The translations under genes and the position numbers were made by a program. This document shows, piece by piece, positions 41,324 to 53,230 of a DNA stretch of 64,000 nt. Position 1 is the first letter of the stretch; each line of letters begins with the position of its first letter. The stretch is taken from assembly GCA_023334545.1 (NCBI GenBank), contig JAADVB010000045.1, positions 1-64,000 of the forward strand, given 5' to 3'. The DNA comes from Salisapilia sapeloensis CBS 127946 (lineage: Eukaryota > Protista > Oomycota). Under the pieces are notes generated by a model. It searched no databases. It saw only the letters and a list, made by a program, of their open reading frames with translations, and was not told where the DNA came from.

Positions 41324-44300
41324 ATGCGACTGCACTACGCGCTGCTCGTATCGGCCATCGCGGTACACGCCGCGGATGCTGCCACGCAATGCGCTTTCAA
41401 TCTACAGACAAAACTACTGTCGACGTTGCAGGACCCACCGACGGATGTCGTCGTCGAAGGAAGCAGTCAGAGTCTAGACGTCTTCGTCGGCTCCACATCC
41501 TTTGATGGCAGCGTTGGAGACTTGCTAGACCACTACGACGACGCCATTACCGCGTCTACATCTACCAGTGGATCTGGCTTGCTCACCAACGACTCCTCTC
41601 TGGATGGAGTAGACCTACCGAATATCTCGACGCCAGTGCCCGTCGACGGGAGCTTGGACTTGCTACCAGGCGAATCAGGTTCCAAGGCCAAAGACAAGGG
41701 AAGTGGCAGCAGCACGTCTGCACCCACTACTCTCATCCCTGACTCTGGCAGCTCTGGCAGCTCTGCCAAGTCGGAAAAGGAAGATAAAGGCGGTAAATCA
41801 GACAGTGGCAGCACCAACTCCCCCGCGCCGACCACTACGGCGCCGAGTCCCAGCCCCGACAGCAAAGGCTCGCTGGACGCTGCCGTCCCATTAGACGATC
41901 TAACGAGACGACTGCAAGTAAACGCTGGCAGCTTGGCTGGCCTCGAGAACGTCGCCGGTGTCGATCGCGTCGGAAGCACCATCGGCTCTGCTTCTGTGAG
42001 CGCAGACGTGTTGTCATCTGGAGGTAGTGGCTCTACTTCGGATGGGAACATGGCCTGTGATGAAGGTTTCTATGAGAAATGGAATACTCTCGGTATTAAG
42101 TGTCTCGGAGAAGACATCGACGTCGAGAAAGCAGTCGATGCAGCCGCTTGTGTAATCTACAGCGGTAACCTCGGCGTACTCTCCGGTCATTCCTGCGTCT
42201 CGATCTGTTCCTTCCCTGGTTGCACCAACGACGGATGGGACTATAGCGTTTCCAACGGCTTTGCTTCTCCCGTCTATCGTGACTATCAACTCTCGGACTT
42301 TATGTCCCCGGACATGACTGCTCGGATGTCGACGCAGAAGCAAGCGCCTACTATCATGTCCAACACGAGCATGACGAGCTCTCAACAGTGTTCCTACGAC
42401 GACGAAGACTCGTTCTCGTCGTGCGACTGCTCCAGTCTTCTCGTCTCTGGCACGGAAGAAGACGCGCAGAGAGATCGGATCAAGGACTGGGCACAAGGCA
42501 TCATCCCAGACGACGACACGAGTCTCACAGGCAAGATCCTCGCGCCAGTGTCCAAGAGTCTCGCCGGTGCAGCCGTCGCCATGAGCGGTATCGCCGTCGT
42601 CGCAAGTTCCGTCGTGAGCTCTGCTTCTGCCGCTGCTGGAGCTGCAGGTGCAGGCGCTGGGTCCGTCGGTATCTACACGATCGACATCTGTGGCTTTGGC
42701 GTCATGATCAATCAATTAGATCTCCAAGGTCGCTCAGCTGTCTTGACCAACTTTGGCGAGTCGCTTGCTCCTGCGACCTTTATCTTCATGCCGTTCGGTA
42801 AGATCCATGACGACGATAAGGACGAGGGTACGAGTGATGCGGATCGAACGACACGCCGACTTATGGACGGGAGTGAGACGCTACCAGACTCTGGTATCGC
42901 CAAGTACGCTCGTATCGCAGGCTTTCGAGAAGACATGCTTTTCGTCGTGACACTCGCAGGTGTCGTCGTGATTATGGCAGGTATCCTCGCAGCTTTCTTC
43001 GTCGCCTACTTGATTGCTGGCTTCTTCATGTCAAGAGAAACGTTCATGGATAAGTTTTTTGATAAAATGGTTAGTCTACAAGTACTTGTAGCTATCCTCT
43101 CGCAGTACACGATCGGTGTCACGGGAACTTATCAAATCTATCACTCGATCGAATCCAAGGGAGAGGTAGATGCCAAGTGCATCTTGGCGTTCGCAGCTAT
43201 CATCTTCCTTGCTCTTGGTATCATGGTCTTTGGTCTCGTGGTCATTAAACGCAATGAAGACAAGATCCAGGACGTCGGGCAGCCTTCGCATATCAACAAG
43301 TGGATTTGCAAACGCTACGGACCGCTCTATGACGAGTACACGTACGACAATCGATTCTTCTTTGCTTCGAAGATGCTCCTAGCTCTTGCGACTGGTGTCA
43401 TCACAGGCTTTGTCGGCCTTAGCTCGACACTCCAAGTGTCGCTCTTACTCGGTTGCCAAGTCATCTTCTTCTTCTACCTCGAATACAGGTCTCCGCATCA
43501 CTCCAAGTTCATCCAACGCGCCACGAGCTTTGTTAGTGTCATGAAGATCACCGTCCTTATCCTCACTTTCTTCCTCATCAGTGCTGCGACGGCGGATGGA
43601 CTCCCGAGTGACGTCCAGAACGGTATCTCTTTAGCCATCGTCGGTCTTAACGTCTTCGTCCTCCTCCTCATGCTCCTACGCTCCGTCTACAACTTCTGGA
43701 ACAAGTTCCAGATGCAGCGTAAGGGACAGGAGTATGAGAATGAGGCACAGAGCGCTCGAGATTACTTTAAGGATGAAACGCCGCAGAAGGAGACTTCACA
43801 GACAAATCAAGGTTCCTCCTACTTTGATACATCGGAGCCGGCGCCGGAAGGAGAAGACATTCGTCTACGCTCCGGCACGCATCTTAATGACTCGAATAAC
43901 TATGCCAACTACCAGCCACAGGCGAGCGGTGCTGGACAGACCGGGTCGTCTAGATACCTCGCGGATGATATTGGACAGCAAGGATATCGTCAGAATCCGT
44001 ACGACGTCGAGACATCCATGGAAGACGACGTGATGAATCCGTACCAACGAGCTGATAGCAATGATGCTTTCCGTCCGAATAACGCGACGCAGCCGCTGAA
44101 TCCGTACAACTCGAGTCAGTCGATGGATACGTACCAGCCGAGTCGACCGATGAAACCGAAGGACTTGAGCCAATCCACGAGTGGCTACGAGTCTTCTCGA
44201 CCGAATCCGTACACTGCACATGGATCAATGGATACCAGTCAAGGGTATCAGCAGACGGAAAGATATGGTGCTCCACCGGCACCGACAGAAACGCACATGC

Positions 44301-44374
44301 CACCGAACAATCGTCAGGCACGTGACAGTGTGAACGAGTACAACCAGCGTCGAGATGACGTGATTGAGCTTTAA
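41324..44374 (+). CDS. Large secretory-pathway multi-pass membrane protein: Ser/Thr-rich and Cys-rich ectodomain, TRP-like (FLC/PKD2-type) TM region, low-complexity tail
   Basis: Signal peptide; Ser/Gly/Thr stalk; Cys cluster; many hydrophobic helices with RYGPLYDEY motif; intronless 1016 aa. Confidence 0.75.
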   Translation: MRLHYALLVSAIAVHAADAATQCAFNLQTKLLSTLQDPPTDVVVEGSSQSLDVFVGSTSFDGSVGDLLDHYDDAITASTSTSGSGLLTNDSSLDGVDLPNISTPVPVDGSLDLLPGESGSKAKDKGSGSSTSAPTTLIPDSGSSGSSAKSEKEDKGGKSDSGSTNSPAPTTTAPSPSPDSKGSLDAAVPLDDLTRRLQVNAGSLAGLENVAGVDRVGSTIGSASVSADVLSSGGSGSTSDGNMACDEGFYEKWNTLGIKCLGEDIDVEKAVDAAACVIYSGNLGVLSGHSCVSICSFPGCTNDGWDYSVSNGFASPVYRDYQLSDFMSPDMTARMSTQKQAPTIMSNTSMTSSQQCSYDDEDSFSSCDCSSLLVSGTEEDAQRDRIKDWAQGIIPDDDTSLTGKILAPVSKSLAGAAVAMSGIAVVASSVVSSASAAAGAAGAGAGSVGIYTIDICGFGVMINQLDLQGRSAVLTNFGESLAPATFIFMPFGKIHDDDKDEGTSDADRTTRRLMDGSETLPDSGIAKYARIAGFREDMLFVVTLAGVVVIMAGILAAFFVAYLIAGFFMSRETFMDKFFDKMVSLQVLVAILSQYTIGVTGTYQIYHSIESKGEVDAKCILAFAAIIFLALGIMVFGLVVIKRNEDKIQDVGQPSHINKWICKRYGPLYDEYTYDNRFFFASKMLLALATGVITGFVGLSSTLQVSLLLGCQVIFFFYLEYRSPHHSKFIQRATSFVSVMKITVLILTFFLISAATADGLPSDVQNGISLAIVGLNVFVLLLMLLRSVYNFWNKFQMQRKGQEYENEAQSARDYFKDETPQKETSQTNQGSSYFDTSEPAPEGEDIRLRSGTHLNDSNNYANYQPQASGAGQTGSSRYLADDIGQQGYRQNPYDVETSMEDDVMNPYQRADSNDAFRPNNATQPLNPYNSSQSMDTYQPSRPMKPKDLSQSTSGYESSRPNPYTAHGSMDTSQGYQQTERYGAPPAPTETHMPPNNRQARDSVNEYNQRRDDVIEL

Positions 44375-44910
44375 GCTTTTTCGACACTGCCATCGACCGA
44401 GGTGGATTTCTTTGACAATTTATTTTCTTTTGCTTTCGGAACTAGACCTTCGGGCTAGTGCATTTGAACATACTAGTGGATCTTTTGTAAGCAATATACC
44501 ACTTACTATTGGAAGCTCTTTGTTTGTATTTGATATCCTCTTGGAGATGAGCAAGTAGCTGCTCGATGCAGCTTGATAGAGAATTTGGATAAGAATCTGA
44601 TTCTGATGATCAAGTCCTTGTAGAAGTGCAGATGCAATGGAATAGTGATGGAAGGAAGCTTCCAACCACGAAAGTGGATGTCTCTAGACAGCAATACGAG
44701 GTACGTGTATCCACGAAAGGCAGTCGAAGAATCCATGCAAGATCCATCGGCAGATGTGGAGGAAGGCTGCATACTTTACCCCAATAAAACTATTGTACCA
44801 ACGACGTAAATGGTACCATTGGGAGTGTACCACCCGGATAATCAGACGAAAATCCATTTGATCGAGCTCGATCCAAGTCATTCGATCGAGTCGCTACGTA
44901 CGTCTAGACG

Positions 44911-45447
44911 ATGGCGACGTCCGAGTTGACTCAAGGACTACTCGACTTGCAAGAACGACCGGATGACATCGGACGCCAAGTGACAAAACTGTATGCGTTA
45001 GACGAAGAACTACAAGCCGCCCATCAGAAAGCCAAACAAGACGATGAGCATGGCGAACAGGTCGTCGCACTGTACAGCGACTTTTTAACCGAGCGACAGA
45101 AACTCATCGATTTACTCCAAGCCGAAGGTATCGCTGTGCCATGGCAATTACGCATGCGTGTCGATGTCTTGGAGCGAACTGTACGCTACTTTATTCCTAC
45201 CATCCTCATGTATGTGAAGCTCATTCCTACGTAGATCCGAGAGAGAAAGAAAGCTGGGGAGCCGATTAAGCAAGTGCAAAAGCAACCGACAAAAGCTTCT
45301 CTGGAAGAAGAAGACAGGGCAGCGTTAGGACCTGTGTCGAGAAAAGAGCGCGTGGTCGTCACAAGTCTCATCAGTGCCATCGTCGTCGCCATTCTCGCCG
45401 TCCTCTACGTCATGTACTTTGGCTATACTCCTCCTTCCAACACATAA
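44911..45447 (+). CDS. Small coiled-coil tail-anchored membrane protein, two exons
   Basis: Helical N-terminal part; after an intron the frame ends VVVTSLISAIVVAILAVLYVMYFGYTPPSNT*. Confidence 0.68.
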
Positions 45448-45493
45448 CTCGAAAAAAGCGAAAAAAAGAAATGTTTAGTCATGAAAAAAGCAT

Positions 45494-46696
45494 CTACTCG
45501 ATCTGGAAGTAGTACGTCGTTGGTTTCTCCGCCATCATGCCCTCATCTTCACTCTCGTCATTACGCTTAAGCTGCAGATCGAAACGTACTTTCAACAACC
45601 TCTGGTTATCCTCACGTCTCGCAAGCGACATGTTGCCTTGGAAGACGTCGCCTTCGCACACTTGGACGCACGGATAGATAGGGAACGCCTGCTGCCCCCA
45701 GTGCGTCGGCTGGACGAATGGAGATGTCGTCAGCGTAATCTCATGGGACGCAGGACGATCTTCCGAGCCCTTGAAGTCGACATCAAACCATCCAGCAATA
45801 CCTCCGAGCCGAGAGGTCGCGACGATCTGGAATTGGAAGTCGCTCTTGACCGTCATGACATCCTCCAGCGTGCACGTCTTCAAGTCCCATCGCGCGACTT
45901 CCACTTCATCTCCGAGTAAATCACTCGTACTCAGCTCCACCCAGGAGGATGTTCTTAGCGAGTATTGATCCTGCTCTTTACGGAATGCATTCGTCAGACA
46001 GCTCATGTCGACACCCCACGACCGTTGCGTCGACTCGACAAACGTACGCCAACTGTCCATGGCGTTGGCAAATTCTGCATAGCGCTTCGTGCTGTCTCCT
46101 TCTAGGCACGCAGGAGCAACGTACATGGACGCGTGGGACGGGAAGAGCGCGCCATCGGTCTTGAGGTACTTGTCTCGAGCCACGAGGACCGAGTCGAGCA
46201 TCGATTCACGCAGGAGGAAGTAGCCCATCCACTCGGAGATGATCGTATCCACTTGCTCCGGCAAGTCCACATCCTCCACCTTACTCTGGATGACCGTCAC
46301 AATATCCTCCACGTTGTTCGCCTTGACCAACTTGCGAGCTTGTTGCGCAATATCCGTCGCCTACGTCCCTTGTTATTAATATATACATGATAATCATCAA
46401 TAATAAAGGAGAGCTACCTCGACAGCGTAAACCTTCTTCGCACCAGCCTGTGCAGCCCAGATCGCTAGGATACCGCTGCCAGTACCTACGTCGAGGACGA
46501 CCTTGTCTTTAAAGTGTCCGACGGCGTTATCAAAGATCGCGTCGTGGTAGTTTTGCATGCGCAAGTCATCACTGAGCATCTGCTTCTGATGGTAGATGTA
46601 GCCATAGGTAATAAAGTAGTTGGCAAAGTCCGAGCTACTCTCGAACGCTTTCTTTTGCTCCGGCGCGGCGTCCATCTTTGATCCACTAGTGTCCAT
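45494..46696 (-). CDS. Type I protein arginine methyltransferase, PRMT10-like
   Basis: DFANYFITYGYIYHQKQML, VVLDVGTGSGILAIWAAQAGA, IISEWMGYFLLRESMLDSV, THW loop (PTHWGQ); one intron. Confidence 0.92.
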
Positions 46697-46787
46697 CTTG
46701 GGGTGTCTCGAGACCGAAATGACTGGTGCTGAGTATTGCGCATGTGAAACGTCGTACACCAAGATACGTCATCACACGCATTTCATC

Positions 46788-47709
46788 ATGTTCCGTCGAT
46801 TCCTCCATTCCGGTCGAACGCCCGTGCGTCCTGGCAAAGTCAGTCCACGACGATCGGTGCCGTCACATATCCAGCATCCACACTATGCTCAGAATGGAGG
46901 CATGTCTCGCCCTCCACCGTTCATACCGCTACTAGACAAGGACGGACAGCAGCGTCTCACAGCCGCGTGTGCCGTCGCGAAAGAGATCCTGACATTCGCA
47001 GGCACACAGATCGAGGTTGGACGTCCGACGGATGACATTGACGCCGTCGTGCATGACGAGATCATCCGACGAGGAGCATACCCTTCGCCACTCAACTACG
47101 GCGGGTTCTCCAAGTCCCTCTGCTCGTCCGTGAACGAAGTGGTCGTTCACGGCATCCCCGATAGCCGTCCACTTGAAGACGGAGACATTGTCAACATCGA
47201 CATCTCCGTCTTCTACGACGGCTATCACGGCGACACGTCCGCTACCTTTATGGTCGGTGACGTGGACGACCGTGGCCAGGCGCTCATCCACCTCACGAAC
47301 GAAGCTTTACATGCCGCCATCACCGAATGCTGCTATCCTCGCAGTGACTTCACCTCCATCGGTGCGTTATGTGAGAAACTAGCTACTCGCCATGGCTTTA
47401 GCGTCGTGAGGGAGTACACTGGCCATGGCATCGGCCAGGAGTTCCATACCCTTCCGTACGTCCTCCACCACCGGAACAATGAGCGACAGGAGATGCTCCC
47501 AGGCATGGCTTTCACCGTCGAGCCTGCGATTTGTGAAGGAAGCGCAGAGGTATGTCCATAATTAGTGAAGAAGAGGTAGAAACTAAATGTCCATCTAGAT
47601 TGAGCATTGGGATGACAACTGGACGGTCGTGACGAAAGACGGAGGACGGAGTGCACAGGCAGAACATACTGTTCTCATCACAGACGATGGTGTCCAAGTC
47701 TTGACCTGA
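46788..47709 (+). CDS. Methionine aminopeptidase type I, mitochondrial (MAP1D-like)
   Basis: Presequence [10 protein letters not shown]; [43 protein letters not shown]|..DNWTVVT..AQAEHT. Confidence 0.92.
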
Positions 47710-47744
47710 TGAATACAATCTTGTCTTTGTTTTCCTTTCTTTTT

Positions 47745-49033
47745 CTATCGAAACGCTGGGATCTGTAGCTTGGTATCCAACGGCAAGAGCTCATCGTCAC
47801 TCGGATGCTGCGTCTGATTCGCAGCAATACTCAACCACGCGAGACTATAGTACGAATGCATCACATCCGGCACCGTGTCGGGGTACTTGCAGAAACCTCC
47901 ATAAGTAAATTGGCACGACAGGACAAAGTCTCGACAGCTTCCGACGTCTACAAGATGATGCTTCCCCATCAAATCCAACGTCGCGCCGTCCCAGAATGCA
48001 TAGCACGAGTCGGGGTCTTTGTTGCAACGACCTTGGAAGCCGTCATGCTGTCGATAGAGCAGCCATCGAACGAGGTCGGAGGGATCGCATTGGAGCTGGA
48101 GCATCCGTCCGGATAGAGCGAGGGATCCTATGGCACAGAAGATAGCTCCACCTTGTGATTCAGCTCCAGGCGAGATGCCAATACCTCCGTCAAAGCTCTA
48201 GTCGATCGTTAATTACTTGTTCTTGGGGGATGTAAGGGAGAATGTACCAAGCACGAGTTGATGTACTCCACAACGCCTGCGCCATCGACTCCGGACCAGT
48301 CGTTTAAGAGGTGGGAGATGGCACAGGCGCAGTAGACAAAGCGCATGTCTTGTTCCGAGCCGTATCGGACGGAGCAAAAGCTAGTATCGTCTTTAGTAGA
48401 CCTCTTAGACGCTCTTGATATACATAGCTACCTTCCTGTGTCTGGATTCTGAAGCTGACGTAAGGAACGGATGATAGCTGGTTTATTCACACGACCCAAG
48501 TCGTCTCCGAGTGTCTTGAGGATGCACAGCGCAGAGTACGTCGCGGCAATGTTGCTCGTATCAAATACCTGACTTTCATATTGATCCTACAAACTTCTAT
48601 GAGTTGCTATATTGGTAAAGATAATGTAATATAGCTTACGTGTGGAAGATGGAACTTGGTACCCATCCACGTCCCGCCTCGAAAGCCACAATCGCCGTCA
48701 TTCACAGCTACATCCCATGTCGTTAGAGCGTACGAGGATACTACGCAAGTAACATACATTTGTCGTTGCAATCTGGAGGGATCTGGAGAGCATAGACCCA
48801 GTCGATGACCTGCTTCTTATCCACGCGATCCAACTCGCCCAAGATCGCAAGGCCATGGACACAGAAGAATGCCTATTGAGCAGATTTTTACGTCGTATGA
48901 TGCATCTTTCTATTAGATGACATAAAAGACGTACGAGTACGACTCGATTGACATCTTGGGATGCGTATGGTTCTGGTAGCGACTGGAGGTTGTGCAGAAA
49001 GTAGCGCGTATGGAGCTCTCGCTCCAACTTCAT
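47745..49033 (-). CDS. PGGT1B: Geranylgeranyltransferase type-I beta subunit, multi-exon
   Basis: GFRGG, TYSALCILKTLGDDL, EQDMRFVYCACAI, GAESQGG, GFQGRCNKDPDSCYAFW, PDVMHSYY; exons splice in frame. Confidence 0.9.
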
Positions 49034-50228
49034 CTTTTGTGGGAAATGGGGTACTAGGACCGTATACAAAGCGCTAGTCAAATGCATGTCCTTGAAGTTA
49101 CTAGAAGAGCAGTTGGGTTGCTTTCTGATAGTCTCTTGCGAGGGTATCGATTAAGTATTTAAGCGTAAACGTCGGTCGACTATGCAATTCGAATGTGAGT
49201 AGATGCTTCTTTTACGAGGTCTGGGCTAGAATGGATATGGAGTGCACAGAATTGTAGGCTAGTTGATTGCTCTTCCTCGAGCAATTCGATGAGAATGACT
49301 CTGTAGCAATGGATGCGGTGTTGAGCCTTATGTTGGGCTGAAAAGCAAATATGCTTGTGATCCTACAGTCAGCCAAGTGCATATATTGACTATACTTTGC
49401 CATACATGTGTCTCTACTTTGAGAAGCTATGGAAGTGTACGAATGGAATGACGATGTGTAGCTAGAGTCAGCATGTATCATGACTTTCGCAGCATTGTTA
49501 TAAGAATGGAAGCACATGACAGTATACTGTGGTCACTTCGTATCCCTTGGACTAACTGCATACTTTACCCTCAAGCGATGAAGGTGTCTTCTTTGGAGTA
49601 TGCCTAAACCTTGCTCATTCTTACCTGTCCTAAGGACGCCAATGGTTCAAATTGATAAAGACCGATTGCTTTCTCCAGCCACGCTACGCACAATATGCAA
49701 ATACATTCGCTTCGTACAGCCAAAGTAGTCAAGGGAAGGTAGTAACTTCGGATCCAGATTGACACTCTTTTGCATGCAAATCTTAGGATGAAGCTACATG
49801 CTGCTAAACTAATATTATCTGCCACCACCTTCTTTGATATTAATCGCTCGCTACCATCTTCAAAGCTATCTAACGCCAAAGACGGACCTCCATTCCCCGA
49901 CTACTGCATCCGACGCTTCAAGATCCATCTCCCTCCAACACCTCAAAACTTTTCTCCACTTCATCTACCTCCTTTTATGCAGCATTATCCTCCACCCTAC
50001 TTATCTGGCTTCCAGTCCCTCCGTCCACCTCCAAACTTCCACAGACACTCGAACGCCATGTACACCAGTCGCGTCCTCTCGAAGTCACTTTGATTGGCCA
50101 ATATTCCAGTTCAGACACCATCGATCTTTACCAACACCAAGGCCTTTTTTCACTTGATTAAAGTATGTTGGTACAAATTCCTAGTCGACCCAAATCCAAA
50201 AACTCGGAGAAGAGAGGAATAGATCGAT

Positions 50229-53105
50229 ATGAAGGACGAGTCGGCGCCACTGGAGGTGCCCAAGACGGACGAACAGGAGAAGAAGGAGAATGAAGACATG
50301 GAGCCTGCATCTGCTGCGGGGGTCGTCCCAGCGAATGAAGATGAACCGGAAGAATTGGTACGTTAGTAGGATATTTTCTTCCAAAGGAATTGAAATCCTC
50401 ATCCTGCATCTATATTATCTAGTCGGAGGAAGACCAGAAACTCAAGGAAGACTTGGAGACTTCTGTCCAACGACTTATTAGTGACAGCGAAGATGAGGGC
50501 GTCAAGAAACTTGCGCTCGAAATGCTTCGTCGTGAAATCCGGACAGCCACGTCGTCCATGACGTCCGTCCCGAAGCCACTCAAATTCCTACGACCGTGGT
50601 ATGATAAGCTCACAGCTACTTTCCAGGTACCATCTACTCCATCAAACCACTCGAATCTTCCTAAAGTATACTTGATACGCCCATAGAACTGTCAGAACAG
50701 TCAGATCAAGGCCGAATTAGCCGACATTCTGGCTGTCTTGGCCATGACCATGGCCAAGGAAGAGTCTCGTGCCAGTCTCGGATTCAAGCTGCAGGGTCAT
50801 CGGACGGAACTTGGCGCGTGGGGCCACGAATTCGTCCGTTCGCTCGCTGGTGAAGTCGGCGAAGAATATAATGCTCGTTTTACGTCCGAGACGATCGATC
50901 CGGATGTGTCGGACCTCATGGAGCTCGTGGACGCCATCGTGCCATTCCACATGCAGCACAACGCCGAGCCGGAAGCCATTGACATTCTGATCGAAGTGCA
51001 GCAGCTCCATAAACTCCTCTCGTCACCGCATATTGACGATAAAAACTACCAACGCCTATGTCTCTACTTGCTCGCGTGTGCTGACTACATGTCCGACACG
51101 GAGGATCTCGTCAACGTACTCGATACTGCGTACGCGATTTTCCTACAAGTGCATCAGTACCCCGACGCTCTCCGCGTCGCCCTGCGTCTCAACAGCTCGG
51201 ACAAGGTCACGGAAGTCTTCCAAAAGTGCCAGACACCAGCCATTCGTAACCAACTGGCCTTCATCCTCGCTCGCCAGCGCTTCTTCCATGAAGAAGACAA
51301 TGACGACGACTTGAACGCCATCATCGGCAACGCGGATCTAAGCGACAAATTTCAGCTCCTCGCGAGAGAACTCGATGTCGTGGAAGCCAAGACACCTGAG
51401 GATATCTACAAGAGCCACTTGTCCGAGACCGGCAGCCTTGCGCGTAGTCGAGATGCTGGTCCTCCAGCCGACTCTGCGCGTCATAACCTCGCGTCGACGT
51501 TTGTCAATGCGTTCGTGAACGCTGGATACAATGACGATAAGCTCATGACAGACGAGAGCTCGACGTGGTTGTATAAGAACAAGAAGCATGGTATGATGAG
51601 TGCCGCGGCGTCGCTCGGGATGGTCATGATGTGGAACGTCGAGGAAGGCATCACGCAGATCGACAAGTACCTCTACTCTGGCGACGAGTACGTCAAGGCC
51701 GGTGCCATCCTCGGCGTCGGTGTCGTTAGCGCAGGCATCCGGAACGAGATCGATCCGGCCCTCGCACTCCTCTCCGAGCACATTGACTCGGGCAATTGCT
51801 CCATCCGATGCGCTTCTTGCCTCGGTCTCGGCATCGCATACGCTGGTTCGGCGAGAGAAGACGTGTCGGAGCTACTGCTGCCGGTGGCATCTCAGACGGA
51901 CGAGAACGCGGACATCCAGGAGGTTTCGTACGCGGCCTTGGCACTAGGTATGGTCGAGGTCGGCACGTGTGACGAAGAGGCCGGCAACGCCCTCATGCAA
52001 CGACTGATGGACAGCACCGAGACGGAGCTCGACTCTGCGTGTGCCAAGTTCCTCGCGCTTGGTCTTGGCCTGCTCTACCTCGGTCGGCAGGAGCAAGCTG
52101 ACGCGATGCTCGAGGCAGCTAAGACCATTGAGCACAAGATCGGACAGTACCTCACCTTGACGCTCGAGACGTGTGCGTACGCCGGCTCGGGCAACGTGCT
52201 CAAGATTCAGCAGCTCCTACGCACCTGTGCGGAACATATTGAAGACACGAACTCTGCGCGTCATCAAGGCGTCGCGGTGCTTGGTATCGCTCTCATTGCC
52301 ATGGGCGAAAGCGTCGGGAGTGACATGGCCATGCGATCCTTTGACCATCTCCTGCAGTACGGAGAAGTAGGTGTCCGTGCAGCTGTGCCACTCGCCTTGT
52401 CGCTGCTGAGTGTCTCGAACCCAGAGTTTGCTCTCGTGGACACGCTCTCTCGTCTGACGCATGACGTCGAAGCGAGTGTGGCACAGAGTGCGATCCTGGC
52501 ACTCGGACTGGCGTCGGCAGGGACGAACAACTCGCGTGTTGCAGGACTGTTGCGCCAGTTGTCCGAGTTTTATGCTAGGGAAGCGGATCACTTGTTCATG
52601 GTGCGTATCGCCCAGGGATTGCTGCACATGGGCAAGGGACTCATGACGCTCCATCCATACCACTCGGACCGACTGCTGCTATCTCCGGTGGCGTTGAGTG
52701 GTATCCTGACAGTCCTCCATGCTGGATTGGACTTGGAACATACGCTCTTGGATAGCTCCCACTATCTCTTGTATACTCTGGCGACGGCCATGCAGCCTCG
52801 TATGCTCATCACGCTCGATGAAGAGCTCAACCCGCTGCCAGTATCCGTCCGCGTCGGCCAAGCGGTATTTCTTTTTCTTTATTCTTTTCCTTTTCTTAGA
52901 TACTAAAGGTTGTCTGCAGGTGGATGTCGTCGGACAAGCAGGTCGACCTAAGACGATTACGGGTTTCCAGACGCACACGACGCCTGTGCTCTTAAACGTC
53001 AAGGACCGCGCAGAGCTCGCGAGTGACGAATACTTGCCACTCTCGAATGTGCTTGAAGGGCTGGTCATTCTAAGGAAAAATCCTGACTTTGAGCCAGAAA
53101 CTTAG
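50229..53105 (+). CDS. PSMD2: 26S proteasome regulatory subunit RPN1
   Basis: [27 protein letters not shown] repeats, [26 protein letters not shown]; several introns. Confidence 0.97.
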
Positions 53106-53230
53106 GATGATCGGGATAAGTTGAATACAAGGTTCGGATTCGACCCCACTCGGCATTTGGTCTCGTCTATCTGTTTCGAACTCCTTTTATAACACTTTTC
53201 AAACAAAGATCGAAACGACGAACAGGACGA

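Noticed and set aside
16894-53105. Two proteasome genes, and DCP2 with a TTP-family gene, in the same window as functional clusters
   Set aside because: They are separated by more than 30 kb and many unrelated genes, which is expected by chance in a dense genome.
53125-53155. GGTTCGGATTCGACCCC resembling a tRNA T-loop/B-box
   Set aside because: There is no cloverleaf or A-box and the match to GGTTCGANTCC is poor; it lies in a short intergenic gap.
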